A stretch of DNA of 64,000 nucleotides from IMG/VR virus record IMGVR_UViG_3300002220_000674, positions 3,215-67,214 of that record. One strand, given 5' to 3'. Each line of letters starts with the position of its first letter. Positions within the stretch are counted from its first letter, which is position 1. Positions 21,001-29,270 of the stretch are shown here, one piece after another. The position numbers and the translations under genes were made by a program. The notes under the pieces are model-generated. The model saw nothing but the letters and a program-made list of their open reading frames with translations, was not told the DNA's origin and ran no database searches. Source of the stretch: a virus. Taxonomy: Duplodnaviria; Caudoviricetes.

Positions 21001-24000
21001 TGGTATACCCATAAGTATCTGCCAGATTCCTGATAATTTTTTCATGACCTGATCCTTCTTTTGCAACTCTTTGAATAAGACCTTCCATCCGGTCATATCC
21101 TTTAGAAAGAATTCCCATTTGAGAAAGTTGGTCACGGGTAAGGCGTGATGCATCTAATCCTTGTTTATTGCTGATCTGAAATGCATTCCCAACTTGTTTG
21201 ATACCATCTGCTGCTTTATAAAACTGAACAGCATCCATGTTTTTTGCCAAATCAGGATACAGTCGTTTGTATCTTTCAACGGTATCAAAGGTTCTAAGGA
21301 AATCTTTTCCGAGTTTTGAATTTTTCTCACTGACATCTAATGCTGTATACCCAACAGACTTCAATCCTTTTTCAAAAGTGGTAAATTGTGCAGTATTTTT
21401 TCCATAAGCATTAGCAGCATTAAACATTAATTTTTGATGGGCATTCATGGTTTTGGTTAAATTTACCAAAGTACCATTCTGAACATCCCATGTATTATTC
21501 AATTGCTGATTTGCTAACCAAATTTTTCCCTGAGTAGTGACAATACCTTCTGCACGTTTCAGATATCTTTGACCTTCTACAGTATTTTCACCAACTAACC
21601 TAGCCTGATCTTTCCAACGTGCCGATAACTGTGCAGATTTTTGATCCAGATCACTGACAACTCCAGGCAATTTATCCATCATAGCAGAGTTATGAGAATA
21701 GGATTTTGCCAGATTATTAAACACACCTATATTTTCTTTATTGGTTGCTGTTACTTTAGAAAGGGCTTTATGATATGCATCATAGTTTTTAGACAGAATT
21801 CCTAAAGACTGTGCCTGTTTTTCAGTATACCCGGTAAGTTCCATTCCACTTTTATTCAGAACTTGTATCCTGTTTCCAACAAGTTCAATATCTCCACGCA
21901 TTGCACCAAGAGCAACAGAAGTAACATCAAGTTGTTTTGCCAACTTGGGAAACTCCCCACCCATTGCACCCGACTGTGCTCTTAAATGTCCAACGGCTTT
22001 TGCTGCTTTATTGGTTGTTTCATACCAGGAAGTTACTGCTTTTTCAGCTTGTCCATAGGCAGTTGATTGATTCACTCCCATACGTTTTGCAGTTTCAATA
22101 CTGGCTTTACCCTGCTGATCTACTGCAACCTGAGTCTTTAACCATTTATTGGTAACATCATCAAGTTTGTATAATTCTCCTTTTCGAAGGGAATAAGTTT
22201 TGTTTAATCCTTCAGTAGCTTCCTTTAAAAAACCTGTGTTTGTAGTCAACTGTGTCAATTGATTTGCAGAAAGACCTGCTCTTGCCCCCATAGATAAAAG
22301 GGATTCATACACTCTGGTAAAATTTTGTCCCAAAGATTTCAGTTGAATTCCAGTTGCATTGGATTCTAACCCAATAGATCTCATTCCCTGAACAAATGTT
22401 TGTTGCAAAGGTTGTGTCAGATTTAACTTGTCAGTTGTCTGTTGAACAAACTGTGTGAATTTTGATACACCAATTCCTGATCGTTTGATTGCAGCATCAT
22501 AATTTTCAGCAGTTCTTTGTGCTACAAATTGTGCAGTGGAAACTGTTTTAAGCTGTTCAGACAATTTATTATATTGATCTGATCCTATGAGGACTGCATC
22601 ACGTTGTTTTTTTAATGAAGAAGTAAGTCGTGCAGATTCAGAATCAGCATCTTTATATGCCTTACTTAATAGATTAGCATTTTGAGTGGTTCCCCCATAT
22701 TTTCTGGAAAGATCACTGATAACTTTTCCGTGTTCAGCACTGACATTTGTTACTCTTTGAACCAATCGTTCCATATCAGTGTAACTTTTTGACAAGATCC
22801 CCATTTCTTGGGCATGTTGTCTGGAACTTTTAAATGCTTTCAAACCAATATCACTATGAACTTTAAATACAGTTCCAGTTTGTGTGATGGTCCTGTTTAA
22901 TTTTGCCTGATGAACATCAACTGCTTTTATATCTTTGGTTAATTCTGGATAGGCTTTACGATAATGATCAACTGCTTTTACAGTTTCAAGAAAACTATTT
23001 CGTAAAGTTCTGGTATGCTTAGTAGAATCAGTTGCATTATAACCAAGGGTTTTAAGCCCTTTTGCATATTCTTTTAATTGAGAAGAACCTTTTCCAAACA
23101 CTCCAGCAGTTTCAATCAATGCTTTTTTATGATTGGAAATATTCTTAGTGGTATTAATTAGCCGGTCATTTTGAATTTTATAAGTACCATTTAACAAACC
23201 AGTTGCAACTTTTAATTTATTTTGTTCTGAAGCAACTAATTGTGCCTGACGTAGATACCTTTGACCTTCTGTTGTATTTTTACCGACAGTATTTGCAAGA
23301 TTTTTATATGAAGCAGAATATAAACCTGTTACCCGATCTGCATCATTGGTTACTTTTGCAAGTTTAGTTAAAGCTAAACTGTTACTGTCATAATTAGTTG
23401 CAAGTGATTTGAAAACATTGACATTTTCTCTGGATTTATTGGATACTTTAGAAAGTTGATCATTATAAACACTATAATTTTTTGACAGAATTCCCATGCG
23501 TTCTGCTACTTTTTCATGTATGGGAAGTGCTGCTAAACCTTCTTTATTTAAAACCCTAACTCTGTTTCCAACAATTTCAATATTACCTTGCAATACACCA
23601 TAAGCAACAGCAGATGTACTAATTGTACCTGCAATTTTTCCTAACCCTGAATCTGCCATTGATACTCTTGATCGTAATGAATCAACAGCAGAAGCAGAAG
23701 TAGTCAATGTTTTTCCCCAATGAACAACTTCTTTGTTTGTTTTACCAAAAGACGTTCCTAAAGTTTCAATGGCCTTTTGATGTCCGATACTTTGTGTGGA
23801 TGCTTTATCTACAAGTTTATGATACAGATTGTAATCATCATTAAGTCGGGATAACTGTTTTCTGGCAATTTCATTAAACCCGACTTCTTTCATTACCTGT
23901 TCATTTTTAAACCGCAGTTCATTGCCTACTGTTTTAATATTGCCAGCAAGCAAATGATTTTGCATAGCAAGTGCTTGGGCATTTGAACCTGCTTCATCAA

Positions 24001-24505
24001 GGGAAGTTGTCCATTTGGGCATATCAGAAGCATTCAATCGCTGCATCTGAACTTGTAAACCAGCAAGTCCTTTTGTAAATTCAGTAGTTCTTCTTACAGT
24101 TTCTCTTAATGCAAATTGCCCGACTTGAACTGACTTGGATCCATCTTCAGATGTAGTTATAAATTCTCTTTGTTGTTTATTGGTTTCCATTATGGCTTTT
24201 GCATATCCTTGCATTACCCTTTGGATACCAACAACTTCAGTATTTAAATTAGGAAAAAGATGATTTAATGCTTCTAATAAATTACCAGATTGATTAATAG
24301 ATTTTGAAAAAGATTCAAATGCTTTGGAAGTATCACGAACTGCAACTGATTGACGACTACCAACAGCAACATGTTCTCTCGTTTTTTCTACCATTTTGGA
24401 CATAGCCGTACTGGTAGCAGTAGATGCCGTCTGCATTTCTTTTAAAACTTTTTTGACATTCTCATCAATTGCACGAAAGAATATATTTATATTGGTATCA
24501 GTCAT
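15026..24505 (-). CDS. tape measure protein, 3159 aa
   Basis: TP901-type core (FDQSLKNLQAIT..TTKFSASEIGEAM..G..AS..GT..R..LARL), long helical composition, position after the tail chaperones. Confidence 0.95.
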   Translation of the reverse strand: MTDTNINIFFRAIDENVKKVLKEMQTASTATSTAMSKMVEKTREHVAVGSRQSVAVRDTSKAFESFSKSINQSGNLLEALNHLFPNLNTEVVGIQRVMQGYAKAIMETNKQQREFITTSEDGSKSVQVGQFALRETVRRTTEFTKGLAGLQVQMQRLNASDMPKWTTSLDEAGSNAQALAMQNHLLAGNIKTVGNELRFKNEQVMKEVGFNEIARKQLSRLNDDYNLYHKLVDKASTQSIGHQKAIETLGTSFGKTNKEVVHWGKTLTTSASAVDSLRSRVSMADSGLGKIAGTISTSAVAYGVLQGNIEIVGNRVRVLNKEGLAALPIHEKVAERMGILSKNYSVYNDQLSKVSNKSRENVNVFKSLATNYDSNSLALTKLAKVTNDADRVTGLYSASYKNLANTVGKNTTEGQRYLRQAQLVASEQNKLKVATGLLNGTYKIQNDRLINTTKNISNHKKALIETAGVFGKGSSQLKEYAKGLKTLGYNATDSTKHTRTLRNSFLETVKAVDHYRKAYPELTKDIKAVDVHQAKLNRTITQTGTVFKVHSDIGLKAFKSSRQHAQEMGILSKSYTDMERLVQRVTNVSAEHGKVISDLSRKYGGTTQNANLLSKAYKDADSESARLTSSLKKQRDAVLIGSDQYNKLSEQLKTVSTAQFVAQRTAENYDAAIKRSGIGVSKFTQFVQQTTDKLNLTQPLQQTFVQGMRSIGLESNATGIQLKSLGQNFTRVYESLLSMGARAGLSANQLTQLTTNTGFLKEATEGLNKTYSLRKGELYKLDDVTNKWLKTQVAVDQQGKASIETAKRMGVNQSTAYGQAEKAVTSWYETTNKAAKAVGHLRAQSGAMGGEFPKLAKQLDVTSVALGAMRGDIELVGNRIQVLNKSGMELTGYTEKQAQSLGILSKNYDAYHKALSKVTATNKENIGVFNNLAKSYSHNSAMMDKLPGVVSDLDQKSAQLSARWKDQARLVGENTVEGQRYLKRAEGIVTTQGKIWLANQQLNNTWDVQNGTLVNLTKTMNAHQKLMFNAANAYGKNTAQFTTFEKGLKSVGYTALDVSEKNSKLGKDFLRTFDTVERYKRLYPDLAKNMDAVQFYKAADGIKQVGNAFQISNKQGLDASRLTRDQLSQMGILSKGYDRMEGLIQRVAKEGSGHEKIIRNLADTYGYTNKNARLLSKAWDDAYGQSKLLTADVRQQMTTMAKSGSQYADAEKKISSYQSTTFLAQSTLANYKTSLDKAGVGVSAFSQHIAKASEKLKITGPLQDAYKRGLLSLGVTSRTAAHEVRTTGLAFSKVYEAMLQTGIQSKLTEQQLVSLMNNSKQLGTITKGLGTEYRVVNGAIQQLDKASGRWLQTQVKVDQQGKTSLVTTEKLAGNYATVGRQIGAVHGALSRVYAALRVTASYMVAGSAVYALMTTFISAKNAIFEFDQSLKNLQAITMATAGEVGVMERVMKKVATTTKFSASEIGEAMIYIGQAGFTAAESVQTIQAVANLATGTLSSLTESANLLTTTLRVFHLDASESARVADVFANAVNKSKTTIDKLNVTMNYLGPIAHSAGVSLEQSAAAIMVLSNAGIRASTVGTGFRQVLARLLKPTTALKQQMTKAGMSIDDFNIQAQNAKTGGQGFITVVHNLAQVLGGDVDKAFQGFGLRGANVALVLATLGDDIEFFVDQASEAGTAAKMAEIQMLGLQVSAKNLKDKLGLLAIEIGSTFRPAIMGVLDGLRFMADLFTEIFKYEFVKYVAAVAALTAAIMALNWALRMLVSVALFKFMGESVKSLMNMGTSVGIVSAAFDLFRQKVANAAANLNFLSTQSGVAALRVKDTAMQAGFLSTMVTAANVAVRNLWLTLKAHPLLLVAAAVASLVIAMYKLKQIKYDEIKANEENAIAAKQVADDYGRYAEQLSKVEQGSAEFYRIQGRIIEQFPELGKQARDAETNLAGFISQLKEVSREKQEEFLGRAATHFKNINMLIKENSVTLKNNIDVVEKSADGISLYNKNLEENKKKWWGMIGFGRGFITAVQSMTESLFKREQAIKKASIETAKATKTEREYARQAAIMAFNTDQVQASYDGVTESSQHYEEQLKAIVELGPAAERMFIGTYSALKKMQEIAKKVGVDLKDIKVGFQLLLGDFPDEAKAKWLGLWNVLGESGRLMLIESAGNLQEYRESLEKLNEEIETLTAEHIDRLVELRRESLEKELIKDQTEYVRKSSELMAKPYAVQSEMARRAYDKRMSLLQSELTALDKYATSYANSIKRIYGDMDVTIKDFYKEQHQIARNLYDAQLYLWSDLPKEMEGIMQEGIEDAYQTYLGTQKELYTEEYKERKSSYDSILSALKSNLADQRKVHEQANKDRKKAQEDLKKDLEQIEKDVAKNIEKIQKDLNKRIREINQNRIDLVMEQLSDEEKVYHVKKLREVAYYNFKQALANDDLERAQEYLDQLSAIESNAIEGRIVKEHNRVAEFIKDEKATLDLKMQWNKEHIDLEKELTDKKIEEAKRAGEESKTEREKEHDQTLLEIKQQEAEQMGSLQRQAAAYNQILNGLKAELDSLAAYIKEIQKIEIFLETFNFLKALEEVKKSITEFNTSDVSKITVQWLEQGSSNAIIQNIAKLKESLINFKQQVQDLEKTPINLDVQVNTPYGFRADGTPKGKGFLGKILSSDGHISTELSVTVNIDNKEVEIPLLVPTLSKEEIEKVVNSTEIPEAIMNKAIDHALMRMKKGLSPFLEEPITEVFDHVKEKSKKLESDLKGIKKATENIHSDVTVDFVGKTGTDQKGLEQLVATLQKEITTLKTTIEKLQTSVKTQINVETQKEDIDKIAQIQKLHDQLSTIYKKTTSIHKLDIENLDQFESVKELHEKLDKVSTESQHKVTVEYDATSGGIKPASYNYMSGTDKDGYKNYEPQPLFGEEKKTTPEKWRFNNFNRTITDWKGKTIDDINDLEDALQNGMRRFVNDVPSMWEIVELATYNTLDGLSDAFMDFFETGRLEWKSFISDILKEISRLLMQQAVGRGLAWLMPAVFGGVAAGMGGATAPNWGGQTTTAHKGLTPGKVTSTKISEFHNGLPAGKFAVPKLHKGLMNDEFPAILQKGERVVAKKEVHYEQKILESLHKMVKDITQERSNLSVSVPVNVQALEPRQQHLSGRLQSEVEQVVLRTIKEYAR

Positions 24506-24975
24506 TTCTTTTTCTTCCTAACGCTTAATGGGTTCTTATCTTTACCTGCCCATTTGGACCATTTACTCATCATCTTTTGTGTTAATTCATCACGTTTTTC
24601 AGGTGACATCTTTGAATAGGCAGCAGGATCTCCAAACAACAATGCAGGTTGATTATCATTTGAAACTGTTGTCTGTACAGTTGAAGTTGTCACTTGTTCT
24701 CCATCTTGTGCATCAAGATTTATGCCATGAATCATTGCATGAAATTTTAACTCTCCGTTTTTTCGTTCTTTACAGCATTCATATAAGACTCTAACTTGTC
24801 CGAAGGTAAGTCCTCCCTCTCGATAACTGAGTCTAAAGAAGTGTTCAAGTCTGTATTGGCTATAGTATTCAAGGATTGTGGTGATAACCTCATCGAAGGT
24901 ACTTCCGGGATCGGTTCTGTCTGAATCGGTTTCCAGTGCTGCTTCACTTTCTCGATGAGGCTTTTCCCGTTTTTT
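24502..24975 (-). CDS. -1 frameshift extension of the tail chaperone (gpGT-like)
   Basis: The -1 frame is open from the A AAA AAC site to the stop at 24502 (..GGLTFGQVRVLYECCKERKNGELKFHAMIHG..) and includes track ORF 24502..24735. Confidence 0.8.
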   Translation of the reverse strand, partial: KKREKPHRESEAALETDSDRTDPGSTFDEVITTILEYYSQYRLEHFFRLSYREGGLTFGQVRVLYECCKERKNGELKFHAMIHGINLDAQDGEQVTTSTVQTTVSNDNQPALLFGDPAAYSKMSPEKRDELTQKMMSKWSKWAGKDKNPLSVRKKKK

Positions 24976-25319
24976 AAGGATGTCTCATAATTTACAGTCC
25001 AAATAATATCTGCAAATTCAAGAAACTGATCATTGGTCATTTTATTTGTGACTTCTTTTGCTTCCTGTAATTCCATATCACAAACAAGTGTAATGATAAG
25101 TTCAATATTTTTTTCAATTTCTTTTACAAAGGCAACAAAAAATTGACTCTCACTTGCATTTCCCTGACTGAAGGTATCAAGACTTTGCAAAATATTTGCA
25201 ATCAGGTCCGCAACTTTGAATTGGTCTGCCATTGAAAGGGGATACATAGGAAGGGTTTGAAGTTCTCGTTTTCCGTACTCAATTTCCCTGATCTTGGGAT
25301 TCAATTTACTTTCTAACAT
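24747..25319 (-). CDS. tail assembly chaperone (gpG-like)
   Basis: Between the tail tube and the TMP; contains a slippery site. Confidence 0.8.
   Translation of the reverse strand: MLESKLNPKIREIEYGKRELQTLPMYPLSMADQFKVADLIANILQSLDTFSQGNASESQFFVAFVKEIEKNIELIITLVCDMELQEAKEVTNKMTNDQFLEFADIIWTVNYETSLKNGKSLIEKVKQHWKPIQTEPIPEVPSMRLSPQSLNTIANTDLNTSLDSVIEREDLPSDKLESYMNAVKNEKTES
24888..24975 (-). promoter_or_regulatory. programmed -1 frameshift signal: slippery heptamer plus 3' stem
   Basis: A AAA AAC at 24975-24969, an 8-nt spacer, then CCTCATCGA (24960-24952) complementary to TCGATGAGG (24896-24888). Confidence 0.7.
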
Positions 25320-25347
25320 GAAGCTTTCCTTTCATAAGGATTGAGTA

Positions 25348-25373
25348 ACTGCCCCAAGTTGATTTGGGGCAGT
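25348..25373 (-). terminator. 10-bp GC-rich hairpin after the tail tube gene (partial terminator or stabiliser)
   Basis: ACTGCCCCAA/TTGGGGCAGT with a 6-nt loop; no U-tract. Confidence 0.5.
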
Positions 25374-25393
25374 CAGTTTAAACCATTAACAAA

Positions 25394-25999
25394 TTAGGAG
25401 GTAGGTTCTCCGGTTCTAAAAACAATAGTACCAAGGGGTTTTTCATCCCATACTGCATCACCACCAGTAGACAAACCAGAATCAGCACGTTTTGCCTCAA
25501 AGGTAATAGGAACAGCAGCAGCATCTTCAGCCTGAAGTTCAATAGCCATAGAAGAAACCACGTTTGCTCTCGGAAAAATGATAACCATCTGAGATTCACG
25601 ATTCGGAAAGGTATAAACAGCTTCCATCCTGATAAAATCAGGAGAAGACAGACCACCAAGTCCAATTTCATCATCGTATTCATCAATATCAGCAGGATCA
25701 ATACCACGAGCAAGTGCCAAATTAGCAACTGAAAGTTCTTTAAACGCACATTCCAAAGAAGCACGTTCACGAATAGGAAGTGACAAGTCTTCCAAAAGGG
25801 GGAAACCAGATTCCAGTCTCCAGAATTCAGTCTCACCATTAAAAGAAGTGTTTGCCAATGCACCAATAGAATCACTAACAGCAAGGACTCCATTATCATT
25901 TGCAATGTTAGTTGCTGAAGCTCCCACACGAATCTGAGCAAGGCCAAGTGCTACGGCATGTGGATTAATTGTGATCGGACCAGTTCTTGTAAGTGCCAT
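25394..25999 (-). CDS. major tail tube protein
   Basis: 201 aa, acidic and beta-rich; AAAGGAG RBS; upstream of the chaperone and TMP. Confidence 0.8.
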   Translation of the reverse strand: MALTRTGPITINPHAVALGLAQIRVGASATNIANDNGVLAVSDSIGALANTSFNGETEFWRLESGFPLLEDLSLPIRERASLECAFKELSVANLALARGIDPADIDEYDDEIGLGGLSSPDFIRMEAVYTFPNRESQMVIIFPRANVVSSMAIELQAEDAAAVPITFEAKRADSGLSTGGDAVWDEKPLGTIVFRTGEPTS

Positions 26000-26002
26000 A
26001 AT

Positions 26003-26224
26003 TTAAATCTCCTTTTTAAAATCAAAAAAATTAATAATTTGAGTATGATCACAGGTTCCCCGAAGACATTTCATTTTAATGTTTCCATGAATCATAATAT
26101 CTACCGGAGTTCTCCCATTTACACCTTTACCAAACCTGAACCTGAATAATCCATTTGGTAATTGTTGAATGAGATTCTTTCCACATTTCTCACACTTAAT
26201 AAAGATCAGATCGTTGCTGTCCAT
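26003..26224 (-). CDS. small zinc-ribbon protein (Mu Com-like)
   Basis: IKCEKCGKNL..IKMKCLRGTC. Confidence 0.55.
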   Translation of the reverse strand: MDSNDLIFIKCEKCGKNLIQQLPNGLFRFRFGKGVNGRTPVDIMIHGNIKMKCLRGTCDHTQIINFFDFKKEI

Positions 26225-26685
26225 TTTAATGATATTGAGATCCTTTTAAATTTTGTTTCTTCTTTGGTAGTGAGTTGTTCTGATTCACCAAGATGAAACA
26301 CCTGCATGTAAGTTAATAAATCCCATTCTACAGGTGCAGGGTAACTACGATAAAATGGGATTGCCATTGTTGTTTCCAATAAACTACGAACGGTATCTCG
26401 AAGTTGTGCAAGTTTATACCCTTCCATATCTCTTCTGGAACAAACATAAATGGCAGGGTATGCTGTAATAAGTGGGGAGTTTTCTACAATACCACCGGAT
26501 ACTACTGAAATCCAACGGTCTACTCGTTCATCGGTAATACGAAAAGATTCTTGAAAGATTTCTGGAAAATTGATCATCTTATCAAAAGTTACAGGAATGT
26601 TTTCTTTTCTATAAATATTATCAACAAAATATTTTTTTATTGAATCTTTATAATTAGATTCTCTTGCTAAAGGGCTTAGTGACAT
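26206..26685 (-). CDS. tail terminator-like protein
   Basis: Size and position before the tail tube. Confidence 0.55.
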   Translation of the reverse strand: MSLSPLARESNYKDSIKKYFVDNIYRKENIPVTFDKMINFPEIFQESFRITDERVDRWISVVSGGIVENSPLITAYPAIYVCSRRDMEGYKLAQLRDTVRSLLETTMAIPFYRSYPAPVEWDLLTYMQVFHLGESEQLTTKEETKFKRISISLKWTATI

Positions 26686-26878
26686 TACCTGTATCCTTTA
26701 AGATAGTTTCAACTTCATCAAAAAACTTATCCATAAAATCCAAGGCTTCCGTATCTTCTGGTGTTTGTTCTGGTTTTGCCATTAAAAGCGTAGAAACTTT
26801 TTTTAACTTGATTAATTCTTCCATTGAAAATTCAATCAGGAAGTAAATATCTCTTGGTGCAATATCAATTACTTTCAT
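26654..26878 (-). CDS. hypothetical protein
   Basis: 74-aa ORF in the operon. Confidence 0.55.
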   Translation of the reverse strand: MKVIDIAPRDIYFLIEFSMEELIKLKKVSTLLMAKPEQTPEDTEALDFMDKFFDEVETILKDTGNVTKPFSKRI

Positions 26879-27445
26879 TTATGTCTTTTCACTCCACCAT
26901 GCTTCTTTAAATGGCTTGATAAACTCTTCAACAACTGTATCATTATAATTGTTTCGCATTAATTTATTTAAAGAATACCGTAACCAAGGACGCCCCGGTT
27001 GAACACTTTTAGTTCTAACAACTCCAAACTCATACCAACTTGCATACTCGGAAAGATTCGCCATTGTTACAGGGTTTTGAATATAAGTTCCAAACAAACC
27101 ATGAGAAGCGTCACTATACCCAACAACCCAACCTTTTCTATCACCAGACCTGAAAAATGAAAGACCCTTGTACATTGTCCAAGTCATAAAACCTGGATCA
27201 GTATCCAAACCCTTGTTGTATTTCCATTTACGGTACTTATCATTTAATTTTTCTGGATTGTATTCTTGTGTTTCTAAAGCATCTCTTGCAATATCAACAA
27301 GTTGTCTTGCAAGGGACAGACACAATCTTCCTCCACCTTCTTCAGCAGCATAAAAAAAAACACGGGTAGACTGTTCTGTTGGAATCTTTAGAAAATCGTT
27401 AACCTTCTTTTTTCCGAAAAAAAACTCAGCATTTAGTTTTAACAT
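26879..27445 (-). CDS. neck/tail completion protein (HK97 gp10-like position)
   Basis: YAxWxEFG and PxRPWLR motifs. Start moved to ATG 27445 behind AAGAGG. Confidence 0.6.
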   Translation of the reverse strand: MLKLNAEFFFGKKKVNDFLKIPTEQSTRVFFYAAEEGGGRLCLSLARQLVDIARDALETQEYNPEKLNDKYRKWKYNKGLDTDPGFMTWTMYKGLSFFRSGDRKGWVVGYSDASHGLFGTYIQNPVTMANLSEYASWYEFGVVRTKSVQPGRPWLRYSLNKLMRNNYNDTVVEEFIKPFKEAWWSEKT

Positions 27446-27515
27446 GCACCAAACCTCTTGTTCGGTAGCAAAGGAAACGTGGTGGACTCTTTCCACCAGT
27501 TTCTTGAAGTTGCCA

Positions 27516-28313
27516 CTATCTCACATCAGCAGCAGCACTAAAGATATTTACATTCTCAAAACGATTAAAATCAACACGTTCAAGTTTTAAATCGATATAT
27601 GGAATTTCTCTCCAATGTAAAACAGGATCATATTCATCTGCTTCAATTGGATTATTATCTGTATTATAATTAGTTAAACTAATAAACATTTGATAAGTAT
27701 CAGGAATTAAAACAGTTTCTCCTATTGCATAAGATGTTAATTCATTCCAAAACTGCCAAGTTCCTAGATCCTGTTGAAAAATTCTTAATCGGCTCAATGT
27801 GGGAACATCGTACCAACCTGAAAAATAAAGTTCAGCAGATGTTGATGCAAATTGTTCCCATGTATACTGTAAAGTTATTGCCCGATCAAAGGCTTGTTTA
27901 TCATAAAGCAGGAAAGGGATTACTTCAGTATAAACATGTTCCCAACGCATAGTACTTCGATATTGCTGGTCCCAATCATCTGCATCTACTTGTTGTAAAA
28001 TAATCCCTTTCCTGTTGCATTTATATAAGAAAGCAACATATTCAATTACCTCATCTTCAAAACCTTCAGGATTAATTGACATAACCAGATAAGATAATCC
28101 CGTTTTTACACCAGTAAGAATATCTCCCGGTTGAATTGCTGTATTATAACGTAAACTTCCTTCAGACAAAAATTCACGGATAAAAGGTTGGGACACACGA
28201 TATGGAGTAGAGATCTCAATTTTTTCTGAAACAGTTGCAACATTAGGACGAATAACATTTACAGTCATTCCTAATTCTTCTAAAACATCCTCGATATCTG
28301 CACCAATACTCAT
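27516..28313 (-). CDS. head closure / neck protein
   Basis: Position, plus a PGDIL motif. Confidence 0.5.
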   Translation of the reverse strand: MSIGADIEDVLEELGMTVNVIRPNVATVSEKIEISTPYRVSQPFIREFLSEGSLRYNTAIQPGDILTGVKTGLSYLVMSINPEGFEDEVIEYVAFLYKCNRKGIILQQVDADDWDQQYRSTMRWEHVYTEVIPFLLYDKQAFDRAITLQYTWEQFASTSAELYFSGWYDVPTLSRLRIFQQDLGTWQFWNELTSYAIGETVLIPDTYQMFISLTNYNTDNNPIEADEYDPVLHWREIPYIDLKLERVDFNRFENVNIFSAAADVR

Positions 28314-28771
28314 ACGTCTGCTTCTTTCGGTGTAAAGTTAACATAGTTGGAAAAATCATAAGTTCTGTCTTTTCCAAATACATCATATGAAAACCCGGCA
28401 TCAATCTTGGTCCCGAATAAATGATTCGGTGGAGCATCCAGAAAATCCAACCAATCTTCTTCTAATGCCCTTTCATATTCTTTATCTAAAGTTTGAATTA
28501 TTTTATGATAATGATCAAAACGATGATTTAACCGAATCTGTTTGTACTGAAACCTGTTTGCTGATTCAATATAGAGAATAAAGAGGGCATGGCGTTTTGC
28601 CCTCTTTATTGTCCAACTTGCACGAATATACTCAGTTATCGGGAGAGAATAACCAAGTTCAGCTAATGCTTCTTCAGCAGCAGCAGTGTAACCTTCTTCA
28701 GTTAAAAAAGATGATGAGGTTCCCATCCCTACTTGTACTCGAACAATTATGTCGTTTAAAGTAGTTAACAT
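28310..28771 (-). CDS. head-tail adaptor-like protein
   Basis: Helical 153-aa protein downstream of the capsid gene. Confidence 0.5.
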   Translation of the reverse strand: MLTTLNDIIVRVQVGMGTSSSFLTEEGYTAAAEEALAELGYSLPITEYIRASWTIKRAKRHALFILYIESANRFQYKQIRLNHRFDHYHKIIQTLDKEYERALEEDWLDFLDAPPNHLFGTKIDAGFSYDVFGKDRTYDFSNYVNFTPKEADV

Positions 28772-28772
28772 T

Positions 28773-29270
28773 TTATTCTACCTTTTTCTTACGTCCTCTG
28801 CGTTTCTTTGAACTTTCATCATCTGTATCTTTTTTCTTTCGTGTCCTGCGTTTCCGAACCGGCTCATCTTCTTCTTCCTGTTCAGGTTCTTCTACTTCTT
28901 CTTCCTCTTCAGGTTCTTCTACTTCCTGTTCAGGTTCAGGTTCTTCTTCAATATCATTAGGATCAGCTTGCATCACACCATCCCGCCAATATTCTTTTTC
29001 AATTTCTTCTTTTACTTCTTCAACAGGTTCCACATAACGATCAACTTCAATCATTATTTCTTCCTGTTTTGGTTCAGGTGTTTCCATTGTGAAATCATCT
29101 ATTTCCACAACTTCATGTTTTATTTTATCTTCAAGCACCTGAACCAATGGTGTTCCTATTTTTCTCTGAATAAAACCAGGAAACGGTTTATATTCATCGG
29201 TAAAAATTGCTCCTTTGGGAAGTACTCTTCCTTTTGCAAGTTTAAGATTTACCATCAACATTACTTTCAT
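28773..29270 (-). CDS. hypothetical protein with acidic tract and basic tail
   Basis: ATG 29270 overlaps the HNH stop (ATGA); AAGGAG RBS lies inside the HNH gene. Confidence 0.65.
   Translation of the reverse strand: MKVMLMVNLKLAKGRVLPKGAIFTDEYKPFPGFIQRKIGTPLVQVLEDKIKHEVVEIDDFTMETPEPKQEEIMIEVDRYVEPVEEVKEEIEKEYWRDGVMQADPNDIEEEPEPEQEVEEPEEEEEVEEPEQEEEDEPVRKRRTRKKKDTDDESSKKRRGRKKKVE

Noticed and set aside
24962-24968. GGGAAAA as a lambda-like slippery site
   Set aside because: It is phased GGG AAA A, not G GGA AAA. The adjacent A AAA AAC is correctly phased for -1.
25378-25947. 189-aa Leu-rich ORF overlapping the tail tube gene in another frame
   Set aside because: It is the shifted-frame shadow of T-ending codons: these become xTx codons, which are hydrophobic and cannot be stops. 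It has no RBS.
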